DNA of 64,000 nt from NCBI RefSeq assembly GCF_018977255.1, contig NW_024704742.1, positions 97,280,001 to 97,344,000 on the forward strand, written 5' to 3'. How positions within the stretch are numbered: position 1 is the first letter of the stretch; the number at the start of each line of letters is the position of its first letter. The notes under the pieces were generated by a model. That model was not told where the DNA came from, made no database searches, and saw only the letters and a list, made by a program, of their open reading frames with translations. A program made the translations under genes and the position numbers. This DNA is from Callorhinchus milii. Taxonomy: Eukaryota. This document shows positions 48,841 through 62,600 of the stretch, in pieces.

Positions 48841-50153
48841 AAATAAATAAGGAATGTGGGCCACTGAGCATCTGTAAGGATGCCTCCACTGAAGCATTGT
48901 CAGAGCATGTTGTAACTTATTAAGTTTTTGCTAATCCCAGGGCCTTACCTGGGATTTACATAAACATCGTAAATTACAAAGATTAATGTTCTTTTCATTA
49001 ATTGTGGGACAAACAAAACTGAGTTAGGGATTGGTATGGCCTGAGGACCTTGTGTCTAACACCAATCGAATCACAGAAATCTACTGCTAAATTTACCCCC
49101 TTTACTCCATTGCTAATTATTTTACACTGATGTTCCCTAATCACTGGCTTTCTGATTAATGTAAATAATGTCTCACTATCTTCTCTTTCAAAACCCCTCA
49201 TAATGTTTAGATCTCCACATACTCTACACTCTTCTTAAGGCAGTCTTTTCTACATTTTCACAACTTTATGTGAAAAAATGTTTTCTGATCTCACTTCTAA
49301 CTAATTTAAATTTGAGACAATTTAAAATTCACTGCTGGCCCCCTTGTTTTAGATCCCTCCAAAGGGAGAATTATCCATTTATACAGTTTGTCAATTCCTT
49401 TCATTGTTTTAAATACCTCAGTAGGATCACCCCTTAAGGTCCTCAACATAAGCAATATAACCCAAATTTACCCAATCTCTAAAAACTGAAATCAGGACAA
49501 GAAAACTGTAGCTGGAATACAATCAGGGTGATAAAAATCATATCTCAAGTGTGTAGTTAATGTGAAGTAAATTTGTATGTATAGTTTATGTGCAGCTCTA
49601 TGCTGGACTGGATTGGGGATTGGTTCCAGTGGGAACTCTACTTGGAGAAATTTAAATACATCTGTCCATTAGAGGCAACACAAGTGTTAATTAGTCTGTT
49701 GTGTGATGCAGGTTGTAAATTATGTTAATATTCTTTTAAAAGAAAACAAAGTTTCAGAAATTGGAATTTGAGACAATTATTATAATTATATAATTCCCAT
49801 TAAATATGCTACAAATATGACATGGAAATGATATAAACAGAATGGTATCAATATTGCAATATTTCTTAATAGATTTTATCTCATATTACAGTTTTCGCTC
49901 CATTATCTTCAAGCATGCATTAAACGATCTGTTTTAAAGTGCTTTTGAAAATGCTACTGAAAATAGGTTTAGTTTCCTTATGTGATTTTAAAATAATATT
50001 TTGGCATTTTTTATTTTCCAAAATATAAGAAAAAAAATCAAAATGTTTTCACAAGGCCCAAATATGGGGAACTTTGAGACTAACTTCTTATATTAATATC
50101 ATACTATTTCCAAAATTGAGATTAAAAGTATACCAGTGTACTAAATATAGTCA

Positions 50154-50600
50154 GTCACCTTAGCTCAGTTGATAGTATACTCTCACCAATGAGTCAGAAG
50201 GCTGTGAGTTTGAATCCTGTTTTGGGGATTTTGAATTCACGGCTAGATTAACACTCCAATAATAATAAATATTAATAATCCTTGCATTTGACATAGCGCC
50301 TTATCATATCTTTGAGACATCTCAAAGCGCATCACAGAATATACTGTAAAGTGAATTGACTGTATATTTTGTGGGTGAGGTTCAATACTAGTGCAAAACT
50401 GAATCATTGGAGGCTCCATCCTTCAGATGAGACATGACACCAAGTCCCATCTGCATTTTCAGGCATTATTTGAAAGAGAAAGCAATTTCCCTTTTATTGG
50501 CTGGAGTCTTGGCCAACAATCCCCAAATAAAAATTGATTATTTACTTCATGGCTGTTTGTGATACATTGTTCTGTGTAAATGAGCTGCTGTTTTCAACTA
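50154..50600 (+). mobile_element. Older DeuSINE (interrupted)
   Basis: Head TAGCTCAGTTGATAG...GAGTCAGAAGG; body CCTTCAGATGAGAC...CTTGGCCAACAAT. Confidence 0.7.
50258..50377 (-). mobile_element. 5'-truncated young SINE inserted antisense into an older SINE
   Basis: Tail sequence as in the other copies, flanked by colinear old-SINE sequence. Confidence 0.8.
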
Positions 50601-50664
50601 CAAAATGCGCAGGCATTACACTGTTCCTGATGTGAAAGGCATCCTTCTGACATTGAAGGTGCAA

Positions 50665-50942
50665 TCAAAGGCATTTGGGCCTTCACCCTCTCTGTCCCCA
50701 CTCTTTGGAACTGCATCGCACATTCCCTTTGCTTTGCTCCTTCTCTTGCCTCCTTCAAGGCACATCTCATGATCCTCTTTTCGACTGTGCCTTCGGCCAC
50801 ACTCCTACTCTCCCTGCCCTCCACCCTCCCTGGTCCCAACCCCCCCCCCCCCACCTACCCACCCTGCTCAGGTCCAAATCGCTGACTATCCAGTGCTTTG
50901 GGACATCCTTCCGGCATGAAAGGCAGTATATAAATGTAATTT
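50665..50942 (+). mobile_element. L2 LINE 3' fragment
   Basis: CTCTTTGGAAC...CCTTCAAGG...CTGACTATCCAGTGCTTTGGGACATCC tail. Confidence 0.8.
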
Positions 50943-52719
50943 TTAATTATATTATATCTGAAGAACAGGCAAATAACAGATTACAGTACATATCTCATCA
51001 CTATTTGGCTTTATTGGGGTATCACTGTATTGTGTCTTTGTAATTTTTTGATCTATTGAGCAGCTCATTATTTTGATGAATGCAGCTCTAATAAAACTTA
51101 AAATCTGTAGGATGTTCAAGCTTTCACCACAATTTACTTGAGATGAGTAGCAGCCTGTTATTAATAGTCAGTAAAAGATGTTACTTGCTGCAGCTAATTG
51201 CTTGGATCCTAATTTAGAAGTGACTAGTTCAAAGAGATAAGAGGTTGATTTCTGTTTGAGAATTCTGCCTATATATAGATTCTGAACAACATCTGCAACC
51301 ACTATGAATTCTCTTACTCATTTACAATGTGACTGTCTGAGGTGGTTTGAATATACTCTTATAATTCGAGACAATATGAGCTGGGCAGTTTCTAAGGGAA
51401 ATTTAATAAGCATTCTGAGTGGGGACAGAACAAGATCTTTAGTAATAGTAATACTAATAATAATAAACTTTGCATTTCTGTTGTGCCTTTCATGTTAGGA
51501 GGACAACTCAAAGTTCTTCACAGGATGCACTGTAAAGTATATTTTAATTTGAGATAAAAAACAATTATTGTCATTAGATTATGGATGTGTGTTCATTCTA
51601 AAATAAGAGTTTTGCAGGACTCACTGAATTGTTATGTTGAGAAAGGCAATCGAGAATCAATAATAAAGGTTGTAAGATTAAGAGTTCAATATTGAGAAAT
51701 TGAAGCCAGGGAAAAAGTAGAATATAACTCCTCATTATGTTTATATTCAACACCTCTTTTAGGTACATTTGAATTTGTGGTATGAAGCAATATATATAAA
51801 GCAATGAAAAGAGGATCAGTCTCATATAGCCTTAGCCATTCAGAACTCGTGTACATTAATAATCAAAAATGAATTTTAAAGGCGCTTAAAGATTATTGCA
51901 GAAAGATAATGTTGTATATCATTGTATATGATCATAAACCAGAGACAATAACATTTGCTAAGGTATTTGCTTTCTTTCCTCTTTCCATATCTCAATTTAC
52001 ACTGACTGCAGTAAAACCTTCCTCTGCTTATATTATAGATGTGCTTCAGATGTCCTCCAGAGGGCAATCTCAGACAATACCCTCAATTTGTAGGAGCTGT
52101 TGATGTTAAATTGTCCTTCCCATCCAGACACCAGAATTAAAATTGTAATGTAACCAGTAATTATTTTCCTCTTTGAGTTGAATTCAACAAATTTTAATGA
52201 ACAGATTTCATTCTTCTTACCAAATCTGGTTTGATTAGCTGTGTATTTTAGTTGCATAGTTAGTTGCATTAAAGTATCCTTGTAACACACTGCATCATTT
52301 TTGTGATACAACAGGTTAGTTATAATAACAGGAGGACTGCTGCTCTTCTGGACTCTGCCTTTATTTACTAACAGTAAACAATGCACTGGCAATCTTGGTA
52401 ATGATATATAATGTAAGCAGGATGTGCAAGTACAACTACTACATTATGATGCAATTAATTTACAACTGATATGATATGATATGATTTGATGTTATTTAAC
52501 AAGAAGAATCAGCAATACATGAATATACTTCTGCTGTCATACCTGAAAATTACATTGGAGGCTGTGTCTCATGTTTATTCAGTGGATCTTAAGTCATAGC
52601 TTGCTAGTGTTTAAATCCCTTACAAACCAATTAAAAGCAATAAATGAATCAATGGTAAATTACAAAGTCATGGGTGTGATATTTATTCCACTTTCCACTA
52701 AGTGTAGTGACTTTATAAT

Positions 52720-53300
52720 TTCTGTTTGGATCTGTGGGGAATGTTAACATGGTCTCAACACTTCTCCCCAATCTCTTAACAGGAAACATTGTAGTTATCC
52801 TATTGAGACCTGAAATTTTCGTGGTACTAAGCTTCAGTTTGTGAACTATTTTGGAAAATTTTAAATCCATTTCTTGCCCTTGGTAATCCATTCCCAATGT
52901 TAATTACCCTGTGGGTAAAGAACACTTTCTGGCGTCTATCCTAAATTTGTTCTTTGTCGCTGAAGTTGTTTAGTGCAACCCAAAGATTAAGTAGCAGCCC
53001 ACAATATGCTTCACATTTCCTCCTTTGACAAGCTTTGCTGCTTGAGCATCAGCTCATGAAGGAATCTTTCATGTGATACTTTGTCAAATAACATTTAGAT
53101 GTCTAGGTACACAGCTCCATATAACTTTCTAATAAATGGGATATCACCCCCCTCAAAAAGTCCATGAGGTTAGTCAGACAATATCTACCCCTTCTTAATC
53201 CGTACTGGGTGTTATTTTTATGTTATTTTTACACAGGTACCTTCTTGATGATTGACTAGAATTTTTGCAACTAGGTGTCGAGTATAGTTCTGTCACCTTT
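52720..53300 (-). mobile_element. CR1 LINE fragments, decayed
   Basis: TAGGTACACAGCTCC / TTTGTCAAA (VYLD..FDKV-like on the minus strand) and TCCATTCCCA...ACCCTGTGGGTAAAGAA (FTxRV...W region). Confidence 0.5.
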
Positions 53301-53744
53301 CTTGAGGTGAAGGAAAGCCATCCTGGTCAGTGACAGAATGTGGGGTAGGAGGAATAGCTGGGGCTCGAGCCAACTTGAGGCTGTTGGGTTGCGCGGTGAG
53401 TTTGAAAGATATAGCGTCTTTTATGTCAGGAGGATGTCTCAAAGCACTTCACAGGAAATACTGTAAAGTGTAGGTGAATGAACCCTCTTACTGTTACTGG
53501 GGCATTATCGTTTTGCATTTGCTGCTTTGCCTCTTTTCAGTTCTCTCCTCGCTCCCCTTATCTCTCTTTTTAAATCTCTTTCTGTACAATCTTGTATTCA
53601 GCCTATTCGTCACTCTCATCTTTCTCTCAACCATGATTCTCTCACCAATTATAATCTTCCTTTTTTAATGGCCCTTTTTGAAATGTTCTAGTTCAATTTT
53701 CCTCTGCTCCACTTGGGTATATGTTTGCCCTACATGCAAGACAT

Positions 53745-54232
53745 ACTGTTATTCAGGATATCCTTTACTCTGCAGCCCATGTCCTCTCCCGGACCAGGCT
53801 CTGTGACCCTATCACCCCCATCCTCGCCCGAGGCCACTGGCTTGCCATCACACAGAGGATACAGTTCAAGATCGTGGTCCTCACCTTCAAAGCCCTCCAT
53901 GGTCTTGCTCCCCCCAATCTCTGCGACCCACTAACCCCCTACCATCCTGCTCGCTCCCTCCAGGCCTGCTTCATGTCCTCTGCCTCGCTCGCCCCATTAT
54001 TGCCCCCATCCTCTGGAACTCCATTCCGCAGTCCCTCCGATTCGTCCCCTCCCTTGCCTCCTTCATGTCCCATCTGAAGCCCCTCCTCTTTGACCGTGCT
54101 TTTGATCTCCCCCCTGCCCTCCACCCTCCCTGATTCCGACCCCCAGCTCGGGTCCGAAACTCTGTTTGTCCAGCACCTTGGGACGTCATCCCGACGTGAA
54201 AGTCGCTAATCAAACGTAATTTTGTTGTTGTT
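53745..54232 (+). mobile_element. L2 LINE 3' fragment
   Basis: AAHVLSRTRLCDPITPILARGHWLAITQRIQFKIVVLTFKALHGLAP plus the tail. Confidence 0.9.
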
Positions 54233-54239
54233 CTTGTTT

Positions 54240-54350
54240 TTTAGGATATCCTTTACTGTTAGTTAATTTGTCCTTGTGCAATGCCTTCCATTCTATGTCA
54301 CTTAGCTCAGTCTTCACTCCCTTGAAGTTTGCCAGTCTAAAGTTGTATAC
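54240..54350 (-). mobile_element. CR1 ORF2 fragment
   Basis: VYNFRLANFKGVKTELSDIEW (nFrkAnF..mr..L..idW-like). Confidence 0.6.
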
Positions 54351-55859
54351 TGGAGATTGGTTATGATTAATGAGATTAATCAGGCTGCAACACACGTATT
54401 GTAAACTGTCAGAAATGTAGGCAGCACAACCCAAAGATTGCATAGGAGCCCACAACATACTTAAAAATTTCTTCCTCTGACAAACTTCAATTTTTGAATG
54501 GTTCCTTAATTACCTTCCTACTACATCTAATGTTCAAACTAATTTCCATCCCCAAGGCCAGTGATAACTATGGAATAGTTTTGACAGTATTCTTGGTCTA
54601 TGTGATATTTATTACTGGTGATATCATATGGCATATTATTACTCCCACCCCACCCAGAATGACAGCACACAAAGAGGCTATTTGATCCAACATTCAGATG
54701 ACCCAGATGATCTCCACATGAGCAATCTCGTGTAATCCCACTCACCTGCTCACTCCCTTTAAATAGTCCTCTTTATAAAGAAAAATAGATCTTTATCAAG
54801 CGTCTATCGGATTCCTTTTAAAATAATTTATGTATTTATTTAAAAAAAAATGAATCTTATAATTGAAACCCACTGTGTATGGTATCATTTTGGTTGCCTT
54901 CCCTTTTTGCTGTAACATGATTATTTGTTTCAGAAAGACTGAATGAGTTCAGAAAAGCCCTGCAGTTATGATAACAAAGCAGCTTTGCTCACTCAGGACT
55001 GTTTAGTCCAGACACAAAATTTCCTAATATGTACACTGCTGTACTGCCAAAAGCACAGTAGCACTTACGCAAAAATACTTGCAATGTTTGAGAAGCTGCA
55101 TCAGGAATCAAAACCACACCAAATAGAAACCTAATTTGGGATCTGGCAATAGAGGCAGAGGCAATCGACACTGTTGCTGTAAACATTACCTTGTGTTTTG
55201 TAGATATGGACTAACTGACAAAAGTTCTGTTATAGTAACAGACCAAAGAGTGATAAAGNTTTTTTTTAGAAGTGTTAGTTGCCAGTTGAATAAGCCTGCC
55301 AGCATGTAAAGTACTGAAAAAATATGTTTTGCTTATTCTGCTACCATGATTTGAGTTGTATAAAGCTAGACAAATTCTTAACAGACTTGTAAGCTGCTTC
55401 AACCCTTGCAGCTAGACTTCCAGATTGAAAATACTCATTGTTGTCTCACAAAAAATAATTATTTAATGAAGGCATTCGCAAAGGGCTGAATTCGGGTTTA
55501 TTGAATATTGTTATGAGCAGAAATCCTAGCTGATTTTTCCCTTCTCTAGAGGGTGCTGAGGCCGATTGTAGCATCTCTATAAAATACACAGCCACTGTAC
55601 TTTCCAGTAAATTCTGCTAAGTGCTTTAAGGCTTCCTCCCAGCGCTATACTAAATGTAAGGATTATTATTATATCAACTGACGCCCAGATGAGATCAACT
55701 TTGTTAACAGACCATGATTCAATCCTGCAAACCTCTGTGGCCTAAAATATATCATGGCTTTAGCCTGAAGATTATTGTCTTAAAATGAAGATTGTGCAGA
55801 TTTTTGGAAAATTATTATATTCCATCTTTATTTAGAAACTGCTTTGTAGAAGTTCTTAA

Positions 55860-56070
55860 AGAATGGAAGGAAGGGTGGGAGGGAGGAAGGGAAGGAAGGT
55901 GTCAGAGGGAATCCGGGATGGAGTCCAGAGAGCTGGGGCAGAATTGTTGAATGTCCACCCATTAAGGGAACCCCAAGTAGTTGGCAGGTCAGCAGAATTG
56001 AAGGAGGTCACAGAGGTAGGGTGAGACCATGGAAGAATTTGAAGTGATATTCTTAATCCAGATTTGAACA
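55860..56070 (-). mobile_element. L2 LINE 3' fragment, decayed
   Basis: FNNSAPALWTPSRIP-like C-terminal motif. Confidence 0.6.
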
Positions 56071-56309
56071 ATGAACTCATATTCCCAGTTTTATCATTGC
56101 ATATGTATTATTCAAATGTGCCTTCTAACCCTAGAGGTCATTGAAAAACATTACTATGCACTTTCAATGATTGCAATTTGGAGTGAAATTCACAATCTAT
56201 GTCTGTATTTGAATTCCTTTCTATTATGCTTTGAGTCAGAAAAAGAAATGCAAGTTGACATGGAAAGAATAAAGTTGAACACAACACATTACATTTACCA
56301 TGGAAGTAA

Positions 56310-59230
56310 CCATAAGCATGGTCGAAAAGGAAGATGGAACTTGAAAAACCTGAGAAATGGGGCAAGGCGGAGGGATTGAGGGAGAGTGTTCTACAGTTTT
56401 GGGGCATAGTGGCTGAAAGCGCAACCTCCAATGGTGGAGTGGAGGGTGGGAGGGACGAGCAGGAGGCTGGTGCCAGTCGACGGAGGTGCCAGATGGTGGA
56501 TTGAAGATTGAGGAGATCGGAGAGGTAGGGAGATGCCAGGGAGTGAAGGGATTTGAACATGAGTGTGAGGATCTTGAACTCGATCTGTTCGGTGATGGAG
56601 AGCCAGTGGAGCCTGGCCAGAACTGGTGAGATGTGGGTACGGAGCTTGGTCCGGGTCAGTATGTGGGCGGCAGAGTTCTGAATGAGCTGTGTTTTTGAAT
56701 AGTGGAGCTGGAGAGACTGGTGAGGGTGCGTTTGAGTAATCCAAGCGGGAGGTGACAAACACATGCACAAGGGTTTTCGGCTGCATTTGGGAAAGGTACA
56801 GTAGGAGGCGGGCAATGTGGCGGAGGCAATGTGGAAGAAGGCAGTCCTAGTCAGGGACCGGATGTGGGGCAGGAAGGACAGCTGGGGGTCGAACTGGATG
56901 CCTAGATTGCACACTGGTTCGCTGAGTCTGAGGGAGAGCCCATGGAGGTTGAGGAGTTTAGATCCGCAGAGTGAAGATATTGACGAGAGCCAAGGAGTAT
57001 GGCTTCCGTCTTGTCCACATTCAGCTTCAGAAAGTTTGCACTCATCCAGGCACTGATGTCTGCCAGACAAGCTGATAGCACATCGGTGAACCTGAAGTTG
57101 GTACTGGAGGAGACAAAATAGATTTGTGTGTCGTCCACAGACATGTGGAAGTTTACCCTGTGTCTGCAGATGACATCGCCCAGAGAAAGCATATAGATTA
57201 GGAAAAGAAGGGGGCCAAGGATGGAGCCCTGGGATACCTCACATGTGGCCGGGCGGGAGTGGGAGGATAAGCCATTTGCCGAGATTAAATGGAGGAGGTT
57301 GGTGAAGTAGGACTCGAACCATGTAAGTCCTGTCCCACCAATGTGGATGAGGGAGGCAAGCCAATAGAGAACTGTGTCTGACGTGGCAGCGAGATCCAGG
57401 AGGATGAGGAGGCAGATAGAGAGAAAGTCGTTTGACAAGTGCTGTCTCTGTGCTGTCAGCAGCGTGAAAGCCAGACTGCAGGGGCTCAAGGAGGGATGGA
57501 GGGAGAGTTGAGACCGAAGTTGACCTGCAACAATGCGTTCCAGGACTTTGGCAAGGAAGGGTAGGTTGGAGATGGGAGGTAGTGAGAGAGATTAGAGAGA
57601 TTGAGGGTGGGTTTTTGAGGAGAGTTGTGATGACAGCAGTTTTCAGGGGGAGTGGAACAGAGCCTGAGGAGAGAGACTGGTTGACAGTTTCGGCCAGCAG
57701 GGGGGAGAGGAGGGGGTGTTGAGTGACCAGGAGCTGGGTGAGGAGGGGATCAAGGCAGCAGATAGTGAACGTCATGAGAGTGAATGTGGTTGAAAGGGAG
57801 GAGGGAGAAATTGGGGAAAGGAGTGTAAGGAGTGGGTAGTGACATGAGCTGTGGCAGAGGGGGAAGGTGGTGTGGATGGTCTGGGTGGGGTGGAAGGGAA
57901 CATGGTGGCGGGAGGACAATGCAGCCAAACAGATGTTTCAATCTTTGAGGCGAAGAAGAATAGGACCTCTTTGCACTTGGCATTTGATGTGAGAATAGAG
58001 GGACCTAGAGGGCATACACGGAGGAGGTAATGGACAGTGGGAAACAGTATCCTTGGGTTACTTTTGGTTTCCAGGATGATTTTGGAGTAAAAGTCAGTTT
58101 TGGCCTGTGAAAGGGAGAGGCAGTAGGTGGGGAAGTGCTTGAGCTGCAGATGATGGTGAATTGTGAGGCTGGATTTCTGCCATCTGGACTTGAGCATCCG
58201 GTTAGGGTTTTAAGTGAGCGGAGATGACTGTTGCACCAGGGGGAGCAGTTGGATTTGGAAACAGCCCTGGATTTCAGGGGAGCCAGGGAATTAAAGGTGT
58301 GGTGAGACGGCCATTGAGTAGCTTGATGGCTGCATCAGGATCATTGTGGATGGAGGGCCAGAGGGAGAGGAGGTCCAAGGAAGAGAGGGCATTTGTGATG
58401 GACTCAGGGGGAAGTTTTTTCCAAGGTAGAAAAAAGTGGTGGAGGGCTTGGAACAGGGGAGGCGGATGCGGGAGCAGAGGGAAATGAGGAAGTGGTCCAA
58501 GACCGTGATGGACAGGTTGAAATATCAAGGCCATGTGTGATGAAGACGTCGAGGGGGTGGCCGTGGTTATAGGTTGACGATTTGATGTGGAAGGTGAGGT
58601 TTAGGGAGGAGAGGAGGGCAGTGAAATCCGCAGAGGTGGCGCAAGGGGAGTTTAGGTGGAGGTTCAGTGCAGAGGAACAGGGATGACAGGAGAGAGGAGA
58701 TATTAGTGAGGAAGGAGCCAGGAGGAAAGAGTGATATAGAGAGGAATTGGGGTTGTGGGGGTTAAATGACTGTGGAGTTTGAGGANGGGGGAGAGTTTGA
58801 GAGGGCATGGATGAGGGAGGGGAATGGGGTGTTTGCCTTTCGGAGGCGGTTGGTGCGGAGAGAGTGAGCGATGGGACAGTTGGGGTGACTGCTCTGGGAC
58901 AACTGACGCCGGGAGCCATGATAGGTCTGGCGGAGGATGCCCAAGCTGGAGCAGAGGAAGATAATGGTGGTGTCCAGGCAGGAGAGAAGGTGAGGAGGGC
59001 GGTGAGAGAGAAGGACAGTGTGGAAGTAGCATAGTGTGGGAAGGAACATTTTCTGAGGGAACGGCTCGGGTCGGGGTGGTAGCCAAAACCGCACGCAGAC
59101 ACCGGGAGCGAGCAATCAGTGGAGCGGCATCAGCCCATGGGCTACTGGAGACAGCGTAAGGATTGGGATGGGCGATGGATGAGACGGGATGGAAATCATG
59201 TCTTCAGAGACAGAGCGGGAAAATAGGGAG
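56310..59230 (-). mobile_element. Long decayed L2-clade LINE (endonuclease region and RT), frameshifted
   Basis: SSTYNHGHPLDVFIT (end of the APE endonuclease), PLPLKTAVITTLLK, QSGFHAADSTETAL, QGSILGPLLFLIYMLSLG, HMSVDDTQIY, VTSRLDYSN, LHWLSITEQIEFKIL, spread over several frames. Confidence 0.9.
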
Positions 59231-59419
59231 GACAATGTAGTAGAAGGATAGCAAAATTTACACTATACTTTAAGTGCCGTAATTGGGAGAAGCTTGTTTT
59301 TGGAGTGTACAGGTTTGACTATTAACAATTATGTAATCCAAGTCAAAATGTGTTGATTAAGCCTACATTGACTGTTAAAATAAATACCTTCACAAAAATG
59401 CCACATAAATATAATAATT

Positions 59420-59745
59420 ATAATTATTACATTTGATATCATGTTATTGACACATCTCAAAGCAATTCACAGTATTTACTGTCATGACTGTGTAATTGTA
59501 GGCATCTATAAAGCCAATTTGTGCACAGTAATGTCCACAAAAAAACATGATTTTTTTGGCTTGTAGCCAGAATACTGGGAGAAACTTCCTTTACGTTTTA
59601 ATGGTGTCAAGGAATTTTTAATATCCACCTGAACCATCAGACAGGGCCTCAGATCAATGCCTCTTCCGAAGGACGACACCTTCAACAATGCAGTGTCTCT
59701 CAGCACGTTATTGGAGTCAACCTAGACTGTGAGTTCAAACCACTG
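59420..59745 (-). mobile_element. Older DeuSINE
   Basis: CCGAAGGACGACACCTTCAACAATGCAG and GGGAGAAACTTCC. Confidence 0.65.
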
Positions 59746-59758
59746 AGACAGACATTAT

Positions 59759-60074
59759 ATAATAATAATAATAAACCTTGCATTTGATATAGCGCTTTTC
59801 ACGTCTTCTCGACGTCTCAAAGCGCTTCACAGAATAGACTGTAAAGTGAATCGACTGTATATTTGTGGGCGAAACGCGCAGCCAATTGCGCACAGCAGTG
59901 TCCCACAAACAATCGTGGATTGAAAATGACCAATTTATTATTGTTTTGTTTTGGAGGGATTATTATTAGCCGTGTGGAGGAAGGAAACTTGCCCAAGGTT
60001 TCGCCCTTCCTGGAATTTAACCCAGGTGTCTCGCTTGCAAGGCGAGAGCTCTAACTACCGAGCTACAGGACTCC
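59759..60074 (-). mobile_element. Full-length young SINE, same family
   Basis: Reverse complement of the head (GAGCTACAGGACTCC at the right end), core and (AAT)n tail at the left end. Confidence 0.9.
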
Positions 60075-60249
60075 ACAAATTGTGGAGACATTGTGCGGCT
60101 TGGAACCACAATGTCTGCCTCAATAGTTAGTGTGCTACCAATTTGAGCCCAACTTCTAACACCAACTACCACAGATCTAATGATGAAAATGAAAAAAAAT
60201 GCATCAAAGAGAAAGTGAATGGGGAGACAGGGACTGACTACACAATACA

Positions 60250-60575
60250 TCAACCTGTCTCCCTCTGGACACCAGGCTATGGCCTGCTCCATGTCCCCCG
60301 CCTGGCCCGCCCCACCGTTGACGGTCAGACCTTCAGCTTTTCTGCCCCCAACCTTTGGAACTCCATCTCACATTCCCTTAGCCTCGCACCCCCTCGCTAG
60401 CCTCCTTCAAGACCCGTCTCAAAACCCTCCCCTTCGACTGTACCTTTGGCCACTCTCCTACTGCCCCCTGCCCTCCAACCTCCCCGATCCCGACCCCCAG
60501 TCCAAATCCCTGACTGTCCACTGCCTTGGGACATTCTCCCGACGTGAAAGGCGCCATACGAATGTAATTTTGTAT
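60250..60575 (+). mobile_element. L2 LINE 3' fragment
   Basis: GLLHVPRLARPTVDGQTFSFSAPNLWNSI plus the tail CCCGACGTGAAAGGCGCC. Confidence 0.85.
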
Positions 60576-62259
60576 TGTATATATCGATTATTTAAATCAA
60601 TAATTTAAATAATAGCAGAATTTTTCAGGAGTTACGTTTAACCAGATTAAATCACAGTTGAAAATATTGACCAGTAAACAGTTGCTTTATGAAGTGCACA
60701 AATCTAGGAAGCAGTACAAAAGCAGAATGCCTTTATATTACAAACAAAATATAAAATATATTGCTGTTTATATTTTTTTGGTAAACGCTTGCNTTTTTTT
60801 TTACAGCACATCATTTCTAGGTATACCAAGTCTTCAATAATTAAATGTTCACTTAATACTCACTGGAATTAGGTAAGCAGAATGTGTCCCCCCAAGGAGA
60901 GAGTTCCATTCCATTCTACACTCAGGGAAACTTCCATGTGTAGGTGGCATACATGTGTGAAACTCTCAGTCTGGTTTGGATACTCAGCATGATGATAGGT
61001 TTCTTATATGTTCCAGACAGCCAACTGACTAAAGAAAAATTATCTTGTGAAAAAAAATTCCAATATGTAGCACCACAAATGTGAGCCAAACCTCAGTCCT
61101 CAGAAGAGAGAATTATAATGTATTTTCCTTGTCAGTATGTTTCAAGGGCTTTTACAAAGATAATGCTGGAATAACCATAGCACACGCTGCATTTTCAAAA
61201 CATGTGGTTTGGTAACAGTGCTTGTTTAAAACTGTTAACAAAAATCCAAATACAAAGGTAGCCAGAAACAATATACTATGTATAGTTTCATATATGTTAC
61301 CATGGAAGTTTCATTTTATGGGCTTTACATCAGTTTTTAATAAACAATCTAATTTCAGGCCTCAAGAGCTGTGTAATGAGAAGTAAGACCAGTAGAATAT
61401 CAGCGTGAAGAAGACTCATTGGTTTGTTAAACTAACCGACTTAATTTAACTTTTATGATGCACTTTGGGGATTACTACACCAAGTGTTGTGATTATGCAT
61501 TTCTGGTGCTTAATCTAATTTAGTTTTATTTGTAAGCTTTATATTTGAAAACAAGCTACAATAATAAACATCAGAGTCCCTCTACTACAGTAATTAAAGA
61601 AATCATATAAAGAAATAAATAATTTTAATATACATCTGAAAACAAAGCAAATTACTGCAATATTGTGTTTATAACTATATTTCCTGTCTGAGTATATTCA
61701 TGTTGTACAACAAAAATTGTCAAATTGGATCAATAGATTGTACTGACTTTGTGGTAACTGTCAAATCAAACTTCTAATGGAATGAAACAGCCACTGGGTC
61801 TGCTGATATAGTGGATACTACTGTAGTCCTTTTCAGGACTTTATAAGCAATAGAAACAATTAAGCAATAAATAAATTGTTCTTGGAACTTCTTAGCAATT
61901 GGAGGCTTTCAATTAGACTATCTGTACATATTGCTGAGTAAGTACATACATTTTAGTATTGGAAGTCTGAATACTTTAGATTTTTTAAATAATAATTTGG
62001 TTTATCATTACAAGCAATAGCAATACTTTCTTGAAATATTTGGCCCATATTTCTGCACCCAGTGATAATTGGCATGAAAATATTCTTAGTCAGTAGGTTT
62101 TTCTTTGTAGAAAAGAGGCATTACTGGGTACAGGATACTTTATGCAAAAGGACACCCCTTACATTGTTACATTTAGAAAAAGTCTCCCAAGTATCACCTT
62201 TGTTGTCCTGAATTCTTATGAATGGTTCAACTATATCTCTGAGCATTATCCATAGAGTA

Positions 62260-62600
62260 ACATGGAATGCTGCAGCAACCAAACATTTGGGCCAAATAAT
62301 CTGTACCAGTGTTTATATTCCACATTAGCCTCTCTATTCCCTTCTCCCTCATATATCCATCAAGTTCCATCTTAAATAAGTTGATGTTTTTTGCTTCGAC
62401 CATAGCTTCCATTAATGAGTTCTCACCATCCTGTGTAAAGAATTCCTTCTCAACTCCCTTTTTGTTCTGCGACTTCTTATATTTATGTCCCCTAGTTTCA
62501 AAGAAGTGGAAGTAGCTTTTTAGTGTTCACCTTATCAAATCGTCTCATCTTCAGAGAGAAAATCTCAAAATTATCCAATCTTTCTTGATAGCTGTACCCT
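62260..62600 (-). mobile_element. CR1 LINE 3' end, decayed
   Basis: MVEAKNINLFKMELDGYMREKGIE and a 3' UTR resembling that at 35470. Confidence 0.75.

Noticed and set aside
56138..59115. Several long ORFs (up to 310 aa)
   Set aside because: They are frameshifted pieces of a dead L2 ORF2 (YADD mutated to SVDD), not host genes.
62049..62137. Short inverted repeat (CTGCACCCAGTGAT / ATTACTGGGTACAG)
   Set aside because: Too short and diverged to call a MITE without other copies.
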